From: a virus
DNA length: 64,000 nucleotides
IMG/VR virus record: IMGVR_UViG_3300045988_150026
Coordinates: 1-64,000 of that record
Strand: one strand, 5' to 3'
Shown: positions 1 through 8,456 of the stretch, one piece after another
How the letters are laid out: each line of letters opens with the position of its first letter
Position numbering within the stretch: position 1 is the stretch's first letter
Position numbers and translations under genes: made by a program
Notes under the pieces: generated by a model
What the model was told of the DNA's origin: nothing
Databases searched by the model: none
What the model saw: the letters and a program-made list of their open reading frames with translations, nothing else

Positions 1-183
1 ACAAGTCTGCCTGCTTATAGGCAATAAAAAATATGTGGTAGCTTGCGACATTGTAATAGTTAGGTCTGTTCAATCCTTCATAGTGTGTATAAAGCACACT
101 GTAAAAATCAAAAAAAAATAAGAAATAAGGGCGAACTGTACGATTCTCGTCCAATAATACAAGGTACAGAGGAAGGAGCCACC

Positions 184-774
184 ATGGCAAACAATCAGAT
201 TAATTTCAGTAAAATAACAAAAGAGGCAATGAGCCTCGTAAAAACTTTTAAAGAAACCGCCTTGAGAATGGCAGAGGAAGACATCCGGTATAAAGCTGAA
301 ATAAAACCCTTAAAAATAAAATTAGAGAAAATTCTGGCAGACCGCCAAAACGATCTCGATCAGGGCTTAGACCCTGACGAGGTAGCTCAAAAATACCCAC
401 GTCTTGAGGTGGATAATGCCCTTCGTAGGGCGGAACTCCGCCATAAAGAGGTTGTAGAACCTCTTAATAAAGCACTCCGGGATACATATGTTTTCATCCC
501 GGAAGGTCTTTATGAGGCTTATTGCCTCAAAATAAGAGAGGGTAAAAGGGGGGATTTTTTAAATTGCATTAAGCAGTTCCTCGAATCCCTCGGAATAGAG
601 GGCTGTCGACAGGGGCAAGTTTCCAAGTTTGCGGAATCAATGTCCGATAAACTGGGAGCAAAGTATGCCTCCAGTAAAAAAATTGTAAACGACGGTGTTT
701 TTGTCGTCGCCATGAATAAGAACGGTTTCAATAAACTGTTCATGGCAATCTTCTGTGACACGTTTGTAAAATAG
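184..774 (+). CDS. hypothetical protein
   Basis: 196 aa. ATG 184 preferred to track start 85 because GGAAGGAG lies just upstream. No motif recognised. Locally higher GC. Confidence 0.6.
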   Translation: MANNQINFSKITKEAMSLVKTFKETALRMAEEDIRYKAEIKPLKIKLEKILADRQNDLDQGLDPDEVAQKYPRLEVDNALRRAELRHKEVVEPLNKALRDTYVFIPEGLYEAYCLKIREGKRGDFLNCIKQFLESLGIEGCRQGQVSKFAESMSDKLGAKYASSKKIVNDGVFVVAMNKNGFNKLFMAIFCDTFVK

Positions 775-815
775 CGTGTCGCAATGAAAACTCCTAGGTA
801 CGAGTATAAACTGCC

Positions 816-869
816 TTTTCTGTCTTGCGGTGGAAGTCCGCAACTGATGAGCATAAGCGAAACAGAAAG
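816..869 (+). ncRNA. type III hammerhead ribozyme, predicted cleavage after C824
   Basis: TTTTCTGTC|TTGCGG-TGGAAGT-CCGCAA-CTGATGA-GC-ATAA-GC-GAA-ACAGAAAG. GUC site, CUGAUGA and GAA cores, G10.1-C11.1 and A15.1-U16.1 are present. Stem I 6 bp, stem II 2 bp, stem III 8 bp. Confidence 0.8.
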
Positions 870-946
870 CCTGGAGAATCAAGGGTTTGAAATAGAATAA
901 AAATATGGTAAAATAAAGAAAGGAGATGAAAAAAGGAGGAAAAGAG

Positions 947-1231
947 ATGATCGTATATTATAAGCTTAAAAAAGTCCTGGAATCACAGGGGAAAAGTTTC
1001 TCTGATTTATGTGAAGCAGGACTTTCCATAAATATGCCAAAAAGGTTGGAGACAAATAAGAACGTAAGTATGGATACAATAGACAAAATCTGTACTTATT
1101 TAAAAGTCCAGCCAGGGGATATTATGGAGTGGATTGATGAGAGCAAAGCAGAAGAGTCAAAAATTCAAAATGAGATTCAAGCTCTTCAGGCAAAAATAAA
1201 AGAACTTGAAAGAGCAAAAGGAAAGTTATAA
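947..1231 (+). CDS. XRE/Cro-type HTH protein with C-terminal coiled coil
   Basis: 94 aa. RBS AAAGGAGG before ATG 947. HTH-like DTIDKICTYLKVQPGDIMEWI. Paralogous to 1440..1724. Confidence 0.65.
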   Translation: MIVYYKLKKVLESQGKSFSDLCEAGLSINMPKRLETNKNVSMDTIDKICTYLKVQPGDIMEWIDESKAEESKIQNEIQALQAKIKELERAKGKL

Positions 1232-1244
1232 GGAGGAGAGGATT

Positions 1245-1421
1245 ATGACAGAAAAAGAAATCAGAATTTTTAAATCTAATGCAGAAGCAATCTGCAATAT
1301 ATATAAACGCATTGTAGAAGACCCTGTAATTAGAAAGGAGTGTATAGACTCAGAACTTGAGTCTATAAATCACCTTGTTAAGGTGAATGAAGCCTTGGCA
1401 TTGGGAAAGGAATTGAAATAA
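1245..1421 (+). CDS. hypothetical protein
   Basis: 58 aa. GGAGGAGAGG RBS before ATG 1245. Confidence 0.5.
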   Translation: MTEKEIRIFKSNAEAICNIYKRIVEDPVIRKECIDSELESINHLVKVNEALALGKELK

Positions 1422-1439
1422 AATTAAAGGAGGAAAATT

Positions 1440-1724
1440 ATGAAAACAAATTTTTCTCGCCTTTTTTCAAAGATAACTTCTGAGGGCTTAACCCAAAAGG
1501 AGTTTAAAGAAGAGGCGTGTATAAGTTCTGGGACTCTTATGAAAATGCTTCACAACGAGTCCGTGACTACAGATAGTATCTGTAGGATTTGCGATTTCTT
1601 CAAGTGTATGCCGGAAGAAATTATGGAATGGATTCCGGATGAAAACTATGAAGAAATCACAAGAGAGAAAGAGGCGGTTCAGGCACAAATAGCCGAACTG
1701 CAAAAGAAACTGAAAAAGATGTAA
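1440..1724 (+). CDS. XRE/Cro-type HTH protein, paralog of 947..1231
   Basis: 94 aa. AAGGAGG RBS. DSICRICDFFKCMPEEIMEWI matches the paralog. Coiled-coil tail. Confidence 0.65.
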   Translation: MKTNFSRLFSKITSEGLTQKEFKEEACISSGTLMKMLHNESVTTDSICRICDFFKCMPEEIMEWIPDENYEEITREKEAVQAQIAELQKKLKKM

Positions 1725-1727
1725 AAA

Positions 1728-1770
1728 ATAGCACCAGCAGATAGAAAAATCTGTTTAGGTGCTATTTTTA
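1728..1770 (+). terminator. rho-independent terminator
   Basis: ATAGCACC (1728-1735) pairs with GGTGCTAT (1758-1765), followed by a T run. Confidence 0.7.
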
Positions 1771-1808
1771 TACCCAAAAAACAAAAAAAGATAAGGAGAA
1801 TAAAAATT

Positions 1809-2045
1809 ATGAAGAAAAAAATTACAGAGTTATACTACACATTCAAGAACCATTTAAACAAAGAAGAAAAAGCAGAAATTAAATGCATGCTTTTTCAGTT
1901 CAAAGGAAAACAACGGATAACTCACCGCCCATATATCACGGGCAGTGAGAGAGTCCGTGACACAGCCTATGAATTAGGCTATCAAGTCACAACAAAAAGA
2001 AACAATCTCGGGTACTATGAAGTATATCCGAACACAGTATTTTAG
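1809..2045 (+). CDS. hypothetical protein
   Basis: 78 aa. AAGGAGAATAA RBS. Confidence 0.6.
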   Translation: MKKKITELYYTFKNHLNKEEKAEIKCMLFQFKGKQRITHRPYITGSERVRDTAYELGYQVTTKRNNLGYYEVYPNTVF

Positions 2046-2062
2046 GAAGGGAGAACAGCATT

Positions 2063-2248
2063 ATGGAAAGTCTGACACTCATATATTCCCGGTCAAGAAC
2101 ACCGAGAAAACACCCAAAGCCGAAATCAGAAAAATACTATTTCCGGAAAGCGGCAAGAGAAATGGTCAAATATTTTTTAATCTTTCTTTTGTTTATTGGA
2201 TTGTATATTGTATTGCTGATTCTACTTTCAGCATTCAATGTGCTGTAA
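2063..2248 (+). CDS. small basic protein with C-terminal transmembrane helix
   Basis: 61 aa. GGGAG RBS. Hydrophobic stretch YFLIFLLFIGLYIVLLILL. Overlaps an alternative-frame ORF 2017..2280. Confidence 0.4.
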   Translation: MESLTLIYSRSRTPRKHPKPKSEKYYFRKAAREMVKYFLIFLLFIGLYIVLLILLSAFNVL

Positions 2249-2339
2249 ACAGAACTGATAAAATAAAAAACAAAACATAAGATTCAAAGGGAACTGTGCA
2301 AATTCTCCCAACGCAAAGGCACAGAGAAAAGGAGATATT

Positions 2340-2684
2340 ATGAAGAAAATGAAAAAGGTGTTCTGGTTCAGCAGACATGAAATGACAGAAGAACAGAGAG
2401 CAGCACTTGGAGACTGCGAAATTATCCAGTGCAACCGCTCAATTAATTCTGCCTTTGAGGTACAGGAAGAAGCAAGGGAATGTGACATTTTAGCGATTGT
2501 TGCACCTATAAATTTACAGAAGCAATTTTTAAAAATTGCAGAAGGCAGACCTGTAATAATGGCTGTTAATGACCGGGTTCTGATTCCGCAGGAAGACGGA
2601 AGCGAAGGCAAGGTTGCTTTCCGTTTCGTAAAATGGGAACAACTTATTAAGATCGAAGTTGTAAAGAAAGACTTCAAGATTTAA
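2340..2684 (+). CDS. hypothetical protein
   Basis: 114 aa. AAAGGAG RBS. Confidence 0.6.
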   Translation: MKKMKKVFWFSRHEMTEEQRAALGDCEIIQCNRSINSAFEVQEEARECDILAIVAPINLQKQFLKIAEGRPVIMAVNDRVLIPQEDGSEGKVAFRFVKWEQLIKIEVVKKDFKI

Positions 2685-2704
2685 AAGGGAAAGGAGCAAG
2701 GGAA

Positions 2705-2953
2705 ATGAAAAAAGAACGGATCTTTATTATTTCAAACGCAAAGGCAGACTTGTTCAAAGAGTACTGTCGGCAGTTGCAGATTGATACAATAACTACTGCA
2801 TATGATGAGAAGAATAGATATTTTTCTTGTCTTATGACAGATCAGGAACTTTCGGAAGCGAAAGCGTTCTGTGATATGTGGTGTAGACCGGAACGGAAAG
2901 AAAACCCGTGTTTGATTTACATTATTATAGAAGAAACTCGGATTCTTCTGTAA
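2705..2953 (+). CDS. hypothetical protein
   Basis: 82 aa. AAAGGAG RBS. Confidence 0.55.
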   Translation: MKKERIFIISNAKADLFKEYCRQLQIDTITTAYDEKNRYFSCLMTDQELSEAKAFCDMWCRPERKENPCLIYIIIEETRILL

Positions 2954-2960
2954 ATACATA

Positions 2961-2989
2961 TTGAAAATACAACAAATATGATGTATAAT
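2961..2989 (+). promoter_or_regulatory. sigma-A-type promoter of the toxin-antitoxin operon
   Basis: TTGAAA (2961-2966), 17-nt spacer, TATAAT (2984-2989), about 30 nt before the HigB-like gene. Confidence 0.6.
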
Positions 2990-3020
2990 ATGTATATACA
3001 AAAGAGAAAGGTAAAAGAAT

Positions 3021-3356
3021 ATGAATAGAACTTTTATTGAAATACCAGCGTTTACTAAAAAATGGCGTGAACTTGGATTAACTGATGAGAATTTAAGAGC
3101 ATTGGAGAATATTTTATTAGAAGATCCAAAGGCAGGAGATGCAATTAAAGGAACTGGTGGATTAAGGAAATTACGTGTGCCAATGGAAAGCAAAGGAAAA
3201 GGCAAGCGTGGAGGAGCAAGAGTGTTATATGTAGATATTGAACTAAAAGAAAAAATCTATTTTATCAATGTATACAGCAAGGATGAAAAATCCGACATTA
3301 CGCCAGATGAGAAAAAAGCATTTAAAGCAGTAGTTAATTTCTTAAAGGAGGAGTGA
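3021..3356 (+). CDS. higB: RelE/ParE-superfamily toxin, HigB / Gp49-like
   Basis: 111 aa. GTGGLRKLRV...KGKRGGARVLY...INVYSKDEKSDIT pattern typical of HigB/Gp49-like killer proteins. Toxin-first order with the XRE gene downstream. Confidence 0.75.
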   Translation: MNRTFIEIPAFTKKWRELGLTDENLRALENILLEDPKAGDAIKGTGGLRKLRVPMESKGKGKRGGARVLYVDIELKEKIYFINVYSKDEKSDITPDEKKAFKAVVNFLKEE

Positions 3357-3359
3357 ACT

Positions 3360-3689
3360 ATGAGTAAATTTTTTGAAGAGACAATGAGAGGCTTGCTTGA
3401 AGCTGTTGAAATTGAAAAAGGAAATGTAAAACTCACAGAAAGAAAAGGAATGCCAGCTCCTACTTATTATGTAGCAGAAGATAATAATGAACTCATTGAT
3501 AAAATTATTGAGATTCGTAAAAGCGAAAACATTTCTCAAGCGGAACTTGCAGAAATGACCGGAAATAGTCAACAGGCAATATCACGATTTGAAAAAAAAT
3601 CTCATAATGCATCAATGAATATGTTTTCAAGCATTATAAATGCTTTAGGGTATGAAGTTCAACTTGTAAAGAAGGCAAATGCAAATTAA
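3360..3689 (+). CDS. higA: XRE-family HTH antitoxin, HigA-like
   Basis: 109 aa. HTH ISQAELAEMTGNSQQAISRFE. Starts 4 nt after the toxin stop. Confidence 0.7.
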   Translation: MSKFFEETMRGLLEAVEIEKGNVKLTERKGMPAPTYYVAEDNNELIDKIIEIRKSENISQAELAEMTGNSQQAISRFEKKSHNASMNMFSSIINALGYEVQLVKKANAN

Positions 3690-3704
3690 AACAAGGAGGC
3701 GATT

Positions 3705-3953
3705 ATGCCATTTATACAGGTAAATGTAAAACAGCAGATTGAAGAGAGAAAACAGAGTAATCCTGAATTTAAAAAATTATGGGATGAAATGAAAAGCGAA
3801 AGGGAAGAGAATAAAAGAACATTGGAACCAAGTGAATTTCAAAAATTTCTTGAAGAACAGTTAAATGATCCTGAATTTAAGAAGGAATGGGATTTATTAG
3901 AACCTGAGAGAATCAAAGTCAGAAAAGAAATTGAGTCTCAAAAAATTAAATAA
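3705..3953 (+). CDS. hypothetical charged protein
   Basis: 82 aa. AAGGAGG RBS. K/E-rich. Confidence 0.55.
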   Translation: MPFIQVNVKQQIEERKQSNPEFKKLWDEMKSEREENKRTLEPSEFQKFLEEQLNDPEFKKEWDLLEPERIKVRKEIESQKIK

Positions 3954-3963
3954 CTGAAAATCA

Positions 3964-3996
3964 ATAACACCTTACACAAGTAGGGTGTTATTTTTA
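3964..3996 (+). terminator. rho-independent terminator
   Basis: ATAACACC pairs with GGTGTTAT, followed by TTTTT. Confidence 0.7.
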
Positions 3997-4012
3997 TGCA
4001 GAAAATTCTGCA
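3997..4012. promoter_or_regulatory. inverted repeat TGCAGAA-AA-TTCTGCA, candidate operator
   Basis: Perfect 7-bp arms, 45 nt upstream of the HTH-ParB-like gene. Confidence 0.35.
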
Positions 4013-4057
4013 AGAGAAACACAAAACAAAATAAAAAAGAAAGAAGAGGTAGATATT

Positions 4058-5173
4058 ATGTGTAGAATCAACGGAAAGAAACTGGAAGAAGCTAGAACAA
4101 ATGCAGGAATGAGCCAGAGAAAACTGGCTGAATTGTCAGGAGTTTCACAGAATGTGATCTCACGTTATGAAACTGGAAAGACAAACCCATCTGACGAAAC
4201 TGTAGAACGGATTTGTATGATCTTAAAGGTTTCTAAGGATTCAATAGAAATCAAAAATGTAGGTTATGACTTCCTGAATGGTGAGGGAAATACAACTGCA
4301 AGAGTAAGAAAGGAAAAAGGATTTCAGCGGTATATGTCTCCGATTGAAACAGAAAAATGGATTGAAAGTAGAAGAGATTCAGAAAAAGAGTCAACGGAAA
4401 TTGCAAATGCTTTGAACAGTGCAATTACTTTCGGATCAAAGAAATATATCATTATTGATCCAACATATATTCATGTTCCGGTATGGCAGAGACATACAGA
4501 TATAGCGAAAGCAACGGAAATTGCGGAGAACTATGAAGAACGCAAATTCGACCCAGTAAAAGCTTATATTTCAGATGGCAAATTAATGGGAACGGACGGA
4601 ATGCATAGAACAGTTGCCCGGATTAAGAGAAACGAAAGTCTGAAAGAAAAAGGAATGCCAACGGAAAAAGTCCTTGTAGAAATCTTAAACTGCACAGAAG
4701 AAGAGGCAATTAATACTTTTCTTGGTCAGCAGTCAGGAAGAAAAACTATGACAATCGGAGATACATACAGAGCTGCGATTAAAGCAGGACTTCCGGAATA
4801 TATAAAATTCAAACAGATTTTTGAAGATAATCGGATTCAGATTTCGGAGGAATTAACGGAAATCAAAAATCCTATTGGTGTAGTAAGACCATCAGGAACC
4901 ATGTTAAGGCTTTCAAACAGAAAAGAGGAGGTTTTAAAAGAAGCATTGAATCTTATTAAAGATCTTAATTGGTGTGGATCGACAAGCAAAAACGCTTACA
5001 CACTTAGGAACGTAAACGTACTGATCAGAATGATCACAGTTTATGGTTCGGATGTAAAAGCGAAACTGTTAAAGCATTGTAGCGGTGCAGTTTATTTTGA
5101 AAGTAGCGTTGCACCGATTAAGAGCAATGCAGAATTGTACGATTTCCTTATAAGCGAAATTAACAAGAAATAA
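4058..5173 (+). CDS. XRE HTH fused to a ParB-like nuclease domain
   Basis: 371 aa. N-terminal HTH MSQRKLAELSGVSQNVISRYE. Central KLMGTDGMHRTVA resembles the ParB/Srx DGxHR motif. Confidence 0.55.
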   Translation: MCRINGKKLEEARTNAGMSQRKLAELSGVSQNVISRYETGKTNPSDETVERICMILKVSKDSIEIKNVGYDFLNGEGNTTARVRKEKGFQRYMSPIETEKWIESRRDSEKESTEIANALNSAITFGSKKYIIIDPTYIHVPVWQRHTDIAKATEIAENYEERKFDPVKAYISDGKLMGTDGMHRTVARIKRNESLKEKGMPTEKVLVEILNCTEEEAINTFLGQQSGRKTMTIGDTYRAAIKAGLPEYIKFKQIFEDNRIQISEELTEIKNPIGVVRPSGTMLRLSNRKEEVLKEALNLIKDLNWCGSTSKNAYTLRNVNVLIRMITVYGSDVKAKLLKHCSGAVYFESSVAPIKSNAELYDFLISEINKK

Positions 5174-5181
5174 TACATACA

Positions 5182-5240
5182 TAATAGTTAGACAGTGCAG
5201 ACAAGAGAATAAAATCTTGTCTGTATTAATGTAACTATTA
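5182..5240 (+). terminator. nested hairpin, probable terminator
   Basis: Outer arms TAATAGTTA/TAACTATTA (5182-5190/5232-5240). Inner arms CAGACAAGA/TCTTGTCTG (5198-5206/5215-5223). No clean T run. Confidence 0.45.
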
Positions 5241-5279
5241 GTTGCAAATTCAAAAACAGAAAGGTAGGTAGATACAATA

Positions 5280-5462
5280 ATGAGACAGACAAAGAACACA
5301 AGACATTTTGTGAAACGGTTAGAAAAGAACGGGTATAGATATGACCGTTCAAACGGTTCACACAGAATCTATGTGAACGCAAACGGTGAAATCATCAGCG
5401 TTCCTAGATCTGGAAATAAGATGGTGTTAAAAAGAGAAGCGAAAAAGCACTGCTTAAGATAG
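5280..5462 (+). CDS. hicA: HicA-family toxin, no recognisable HicB neighbour
   Basis: 60 aa. FVKRLEKNGYRYDRSNGSHRIY....ISVPRSGNK fits the HicA/YcfA pattern with the GSH motif. Confidence 0.7.
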   Translation: MRQTKNTRHFVKRLEKNGYRYDRSNGSHRIYVNANGEIISVPRSGNKMVLKREAKKHCLR

Positions 5463-5493
5463 CAAAAGGAAAGTATTGAAGGGAGAATGAAAA

Positions 5494-5769
5494 ATGTTAA
5501 AAGTAAATAACAAAATTATAGTTCATATCTTTGGAACTGACGGAAAAGAAATTAAAACACTAGATTCCAATACTGCATATACAGTATGCGAAAAAAATGG
5601 AAAGCTTGGAATCAATTACAATACAGAACGGAAACAGACAACTTCTGACGGAGATGTGTTTGTTCCGTTTGAATCATTCTCATATACAGTTGTATTTGAA
5701 AATGTAGAAAATGGAAAGAAGTATTATTGGAGCAACGCAGAGAATGCGATCGTAGAAAAGGAGGTGTAA
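5494..5769 (+). CDS. hypothetical protein
   Basis: 91 aa. GGGAG RBS. Does not resemble HicB. Confidence 0.6.
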   Translation: MLKVNNKIIVHIFGTDGKEIKTLDSNTAYTVCEKNGKLGINYNTERKQTTSDGDVFVPFESFSYTVVFENVENGKKYYWSNAENAIVEKEV

Positions 5770-5771
5770 TT

Positions 5772-6041
5772 ATGGCTTGGTTATATGATCCTAAGACAGA
5801 TGAGCGGAACGGAAAAGAATTTGAGTACAATCTGCCAATTCATGAGAATGACACATTATTATATGGATTCTCATATAGAGAAGTTATGGATGTTATGATT
5901 GCAAATTATGGACATGACATCACAGAAAAGCAGTTTGATAAAACACTTAAAGAATTGCTCAATGAGAGCGTCGAAAACATGAAAGAAAACTTAATGTTAT
6001 GCAAGAAGGGAATGCTGAAAGAAATCAGAAAGGAACGGTGA
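5772..6041 (+). CDS. hypothetical protein
   Basis: 89 aa. AAGGAGG RBS before ATG 5772. Track start 5727 rejected. Confidence 0.6.
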   Translation: MAWLYDPKTDERNGKEFEYNLPIHENDTLLYGFSYREVMDVMIANYGHDITEKQFDKTLKELLNESVENMKENLMLCKKGMLKEIRKER

Positions 6042-6045
6042 TAAT

Positions 6046-6318
6046 ATGACACGGGCAGAATTTGAACGGAAATCTTTCCCGGAAGTTATGATGCAACTTA
6101 ATGAAGAATTCGACGAAATAACAACCCTTGAAACTTTGCGGGAATATGCAAAGCAGCAGATAGAAGAGGGGAGATATTTTATTGCAAAGAACATTATTGA
6201 TGCTCTGAATAATGGAAATGAAGAAGAATGGTGGGATTATGATTTCTGTCTCGGAACATTGGACAAACCAACTCCGATTATAGAAAAGAAAGACGTTGAA
6301 CACTTGATTGAAAATTAG
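6046..6318 (+). CDS. hypothetical protein
   Basis: 90 aa ORF in the gene train. Confidence 0.55.
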   Translation: MTRAEFERKSFPEVMMQLNEEFDEITTLETLREYAKQQIEEGRYFIAKNIIDALNNGNEEEWWDYDFCLGTLDKPTPIIEKKDVEHLIEN

Positions 6319-6337
6319 AAAGGCAGGTAGATGGAAT

Positions 6338-6781
6338 ATGTTAAGAGTAAAATACATTGGATTTGGCGGAGTCTTTATTGAATATCCGTGTTATGAAGAT
6401 GAAAAAGGGAAAATTTATTTTGACTTAAATGATGGTCGAAACAGATTAGATCTTCATACAGGAGCTTACAGAGATGAATGTGATGAAATCTGTGGAGAAC
6501 CTTGCAAGAGAATTACAGAAGAAATCGAATGTGAAAATCCATTTGTCCGTCATCCAAGAGAATTTGATTATATGCTTTTGGGTAGAATGAAAAGTGATTG
6601 TAACTATTTCCTCGGAAATGGAAATGGTTACGAAGGTCATCTGTATGGTGGAAGCGTAGAAGTGATTTGTGACGAAATGGAACGGATTTTGAACTCATTT
6701 GCCGAAGACGAAAAGCCGGAATGGTTGACAATGGAACAAATTAAAGACTATAGAAAAAGAATGATGGAAGCGAGGAGATAA
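6338..6781 (+). CDS. hypothetical protein
   Basis: 147 aa. ATG 6338 follows AAAGGCAGG. Cys-rich N-terminus. Confidence 0.55.
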   Translation: MLRVKYIGFGGVFIEYPCYEDEKGKIYFDLNDGRNRLDLHTGAYRDECDEICGEPCKRITEEIECENPFVRHPREFDYMLLGRMKSDCNYFLGNGNGYEGHLYGGSVEVICDEMERILNSFAEDEKPEWLTMEQIKDYRKRMMEARR

Positions 6782-6783
6782 TT

Positions 6784-7305
6784 ATGTTACCACAGATTAA
6801 TTATGACAGAAAGTTTCTTGCAAAGTTAAAAAGCAATTACTTCAATGCAAAAGCATTATATGAAACGGTAAAAGAAAATGCAGAAGAGATCGAAAGAAAG
6901 ATTCTTGCAGAAAATGAATTCTACGAAACGGAAGAAGTTGCAGAAATGATGGAGAAAAGAGGTGGGAATGGAAAGCCAAAACGGATTCTTGAGCCAAGTA
7001 TGACTTATATGATGGATTTGGATAATGAGTTACCACGATTTATTGATTTATGTTATCCAGAATATGTCAAAGCAGGAATTGCAGATCCAAGAGGAAAGGG
7101 ATATTGTCCTGATGCACAGTCAAGAGAATTGTTACTTGAAGCAACAAAGCAGCTTGTAGAATATGGGATTGAAATTATTCCAGATGAACTTGAAGAAAAG
7201 AAAACGTTGCGAAAGGCAGTTCAATATATCAAATGGAGAGATAAAGTACTTGATTTAGTATTAAGTTTAGAAAGCGATGAGGTGGAAAGTTATGCAGATT
7301 ATTGA
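6784..7305 (+). CDS. hypothetical protein
   Basis: 173 aa. GAGGAG RBS. Confidence 0.6.
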   Translation: MLPQINYDRKFLAKLKSNYFNAKALYETVKENAEEIERKILAENEFYETEEVAEMMEKRGGNGKPKRILEPSMTYMMDLDNELPRFIDLCYPEYVKAGIADPRGKGYCPDAQSRELLLEATKQLVEYGIEIIPDELEEKKTLRKAVQYIKWRDKVLDLVLSLESDEVESYADY

Positions 7306-7636
7306 TAGAACAGTAATGGCAGATGGAACAAAGATACAGCTTGAAGATTGGCATAGTGAAAATTCAGAAAAATATCCAGATTTACATGGATATACAATTG
7401 GTGCTTATCCGATAGCTAAAAATACAAGTAGGTTTGGTTGGATAAGAAAAGGTGAAACGTTCAGACTTGGTATTGCCAGAAGTGAATTTGCAAATTACAC
7501 AGATGATATGGTGCTTGCAGATTATGAAGCGTTGAAGAATGGAACTAAATCGCTTGCTGATTTGCGAGAACATTTTTGGAACAGAGAAAAAGATGCGTTT
7601 TACTTAGGTTTGACTGATAAAGAACCTGAGTGGTAA
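7292..7636 (+). CDS. hypothetical protein
   Basis: 114 aa. GAGGTGG RBS before ATG 7292. Confidence 0.6.
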   Translation: MQIIDRTVMADGTKIQLEDWHSENSEKYPDLHGYTIGAYPIAKNTSRFGWIRKGETFRLGIARSEFANYTDDMVLADYEALKNGTKSLADLREHFWNREKDAFYLGLTDKEPEW

Positions 7637-7672
7637 TTAAGAGAAATTGTAATTTCAGAATGGAGAATTATC

Positions 7673-7867
7673 ATGTGGATATTTATAGCGACATATGAAA
7701 ATATGGATCTCGATAGTTCTATCAAATCGGTAAAACGGAAAATCGAATTTGATGGTGATAACTTTTTTAATACCGGAGATGAATGTTACCGTTATGCGTT
7801 AGAACAAGCATTGAAAATGAAACAGGAAAATGAATGTTTGGGTTGTTTGGAATTTATAGCATGTTAG
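7673..7867 (+). CDS. hypothetical protein
   Basis: 64 aa. TGGAGAA RBS. Confidence 0.5.
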   Translation: MWIFIATYENMDLDSSIKSVKRKIEFDGDNFFNTGDECYRYALEQALKMKQENECLGCLEFIAC

Positions 7868-7883
7868 AAGGGAAGGCAAAAAA

Positions 7884-8030
7884 ATGAAGAAAAATAAACC
7901 ACGGTGGAAAAATCTTGATATGTGGGAACGGTTAGCAAGAAGATGCAAGCAGAACGGAGCTTCTGAAGATACTGTCGAACGTATCAGAGAGCATGGAAAA
8001 CAGAGAGAAATCGAAAAAAATAGCAAATGA
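7884..8030 (+). CDS. hypothetical small basic protein
   Basis: 48 aa, below the track cutoff. GGGAAGG RBS. Fills an otherwise empty gap. Confidence 0.4.
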   Translation: MKKNKPRWKNLDMWERLARRCKQNGASEDTVERIREHGKQREIEKNSK

Positions 8031-8044
8031 AATATTAGTTTCAA
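8027..8044 (+). repeat. intercistronic motif copy ATGAAA-TATTAG-TTTCAA
   Basis: Overlaps the TGA stop of ORF 7884..8030. RBS follows. Confidence 0.5.
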
Positions 8045-8068
8045 TTTAAGAAAGGATGGTTGATTTAT

Positions 8069-8443
8069 ATGTTAAAGGCAATAAATATTAAATGGGATAC
8101 AGATGGAGACAAGGATGTATACAATGAACTCCCAACAGAACTTATTGTTCCTGATGAATTTGAGGAAATGTATAAAGAAGACGAAGAATATGTACTTGAT
8201 GAGATTTCAGATTGGTTATCAGATGAAACAGGATTTTGTCATGCAGGATTTGAGATTGAAAAGGTAATTACAAAAGAATCTGTTGAGAATGATTTATATG
8301 ATTTCTTTAATGACAAAATGGAAACTGGAGATGCACCTGAAATTGAAAGTGTGTGGAAACAATACGATCCTACAAACGGTAATATTATTACTATTGATTG
8401 TGTAGGTGGAAAGCAGATCAGATTGATTATTCAAGTAGATTAA
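8069..8443 (+). CDS. hypothetical acidic protein
   Basis: 124 aa. ATG 8069 after AAAGGATGG. Track start 8060 is a TTG. Confidence 0.6.
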   Translation: MLKAINIKWDTDGDKDVYNELPTELIVPDEFEEMYKEDEEYVLDEISDWLSDETGFCHAGFEIEKVITKESVENDLYDFFNDKMETGDAPEIESVWKQYDPTNGNIITIDCVGGKQIRLIIQVD

Positions 8444-8456
8444 GGAACGATGAGAA

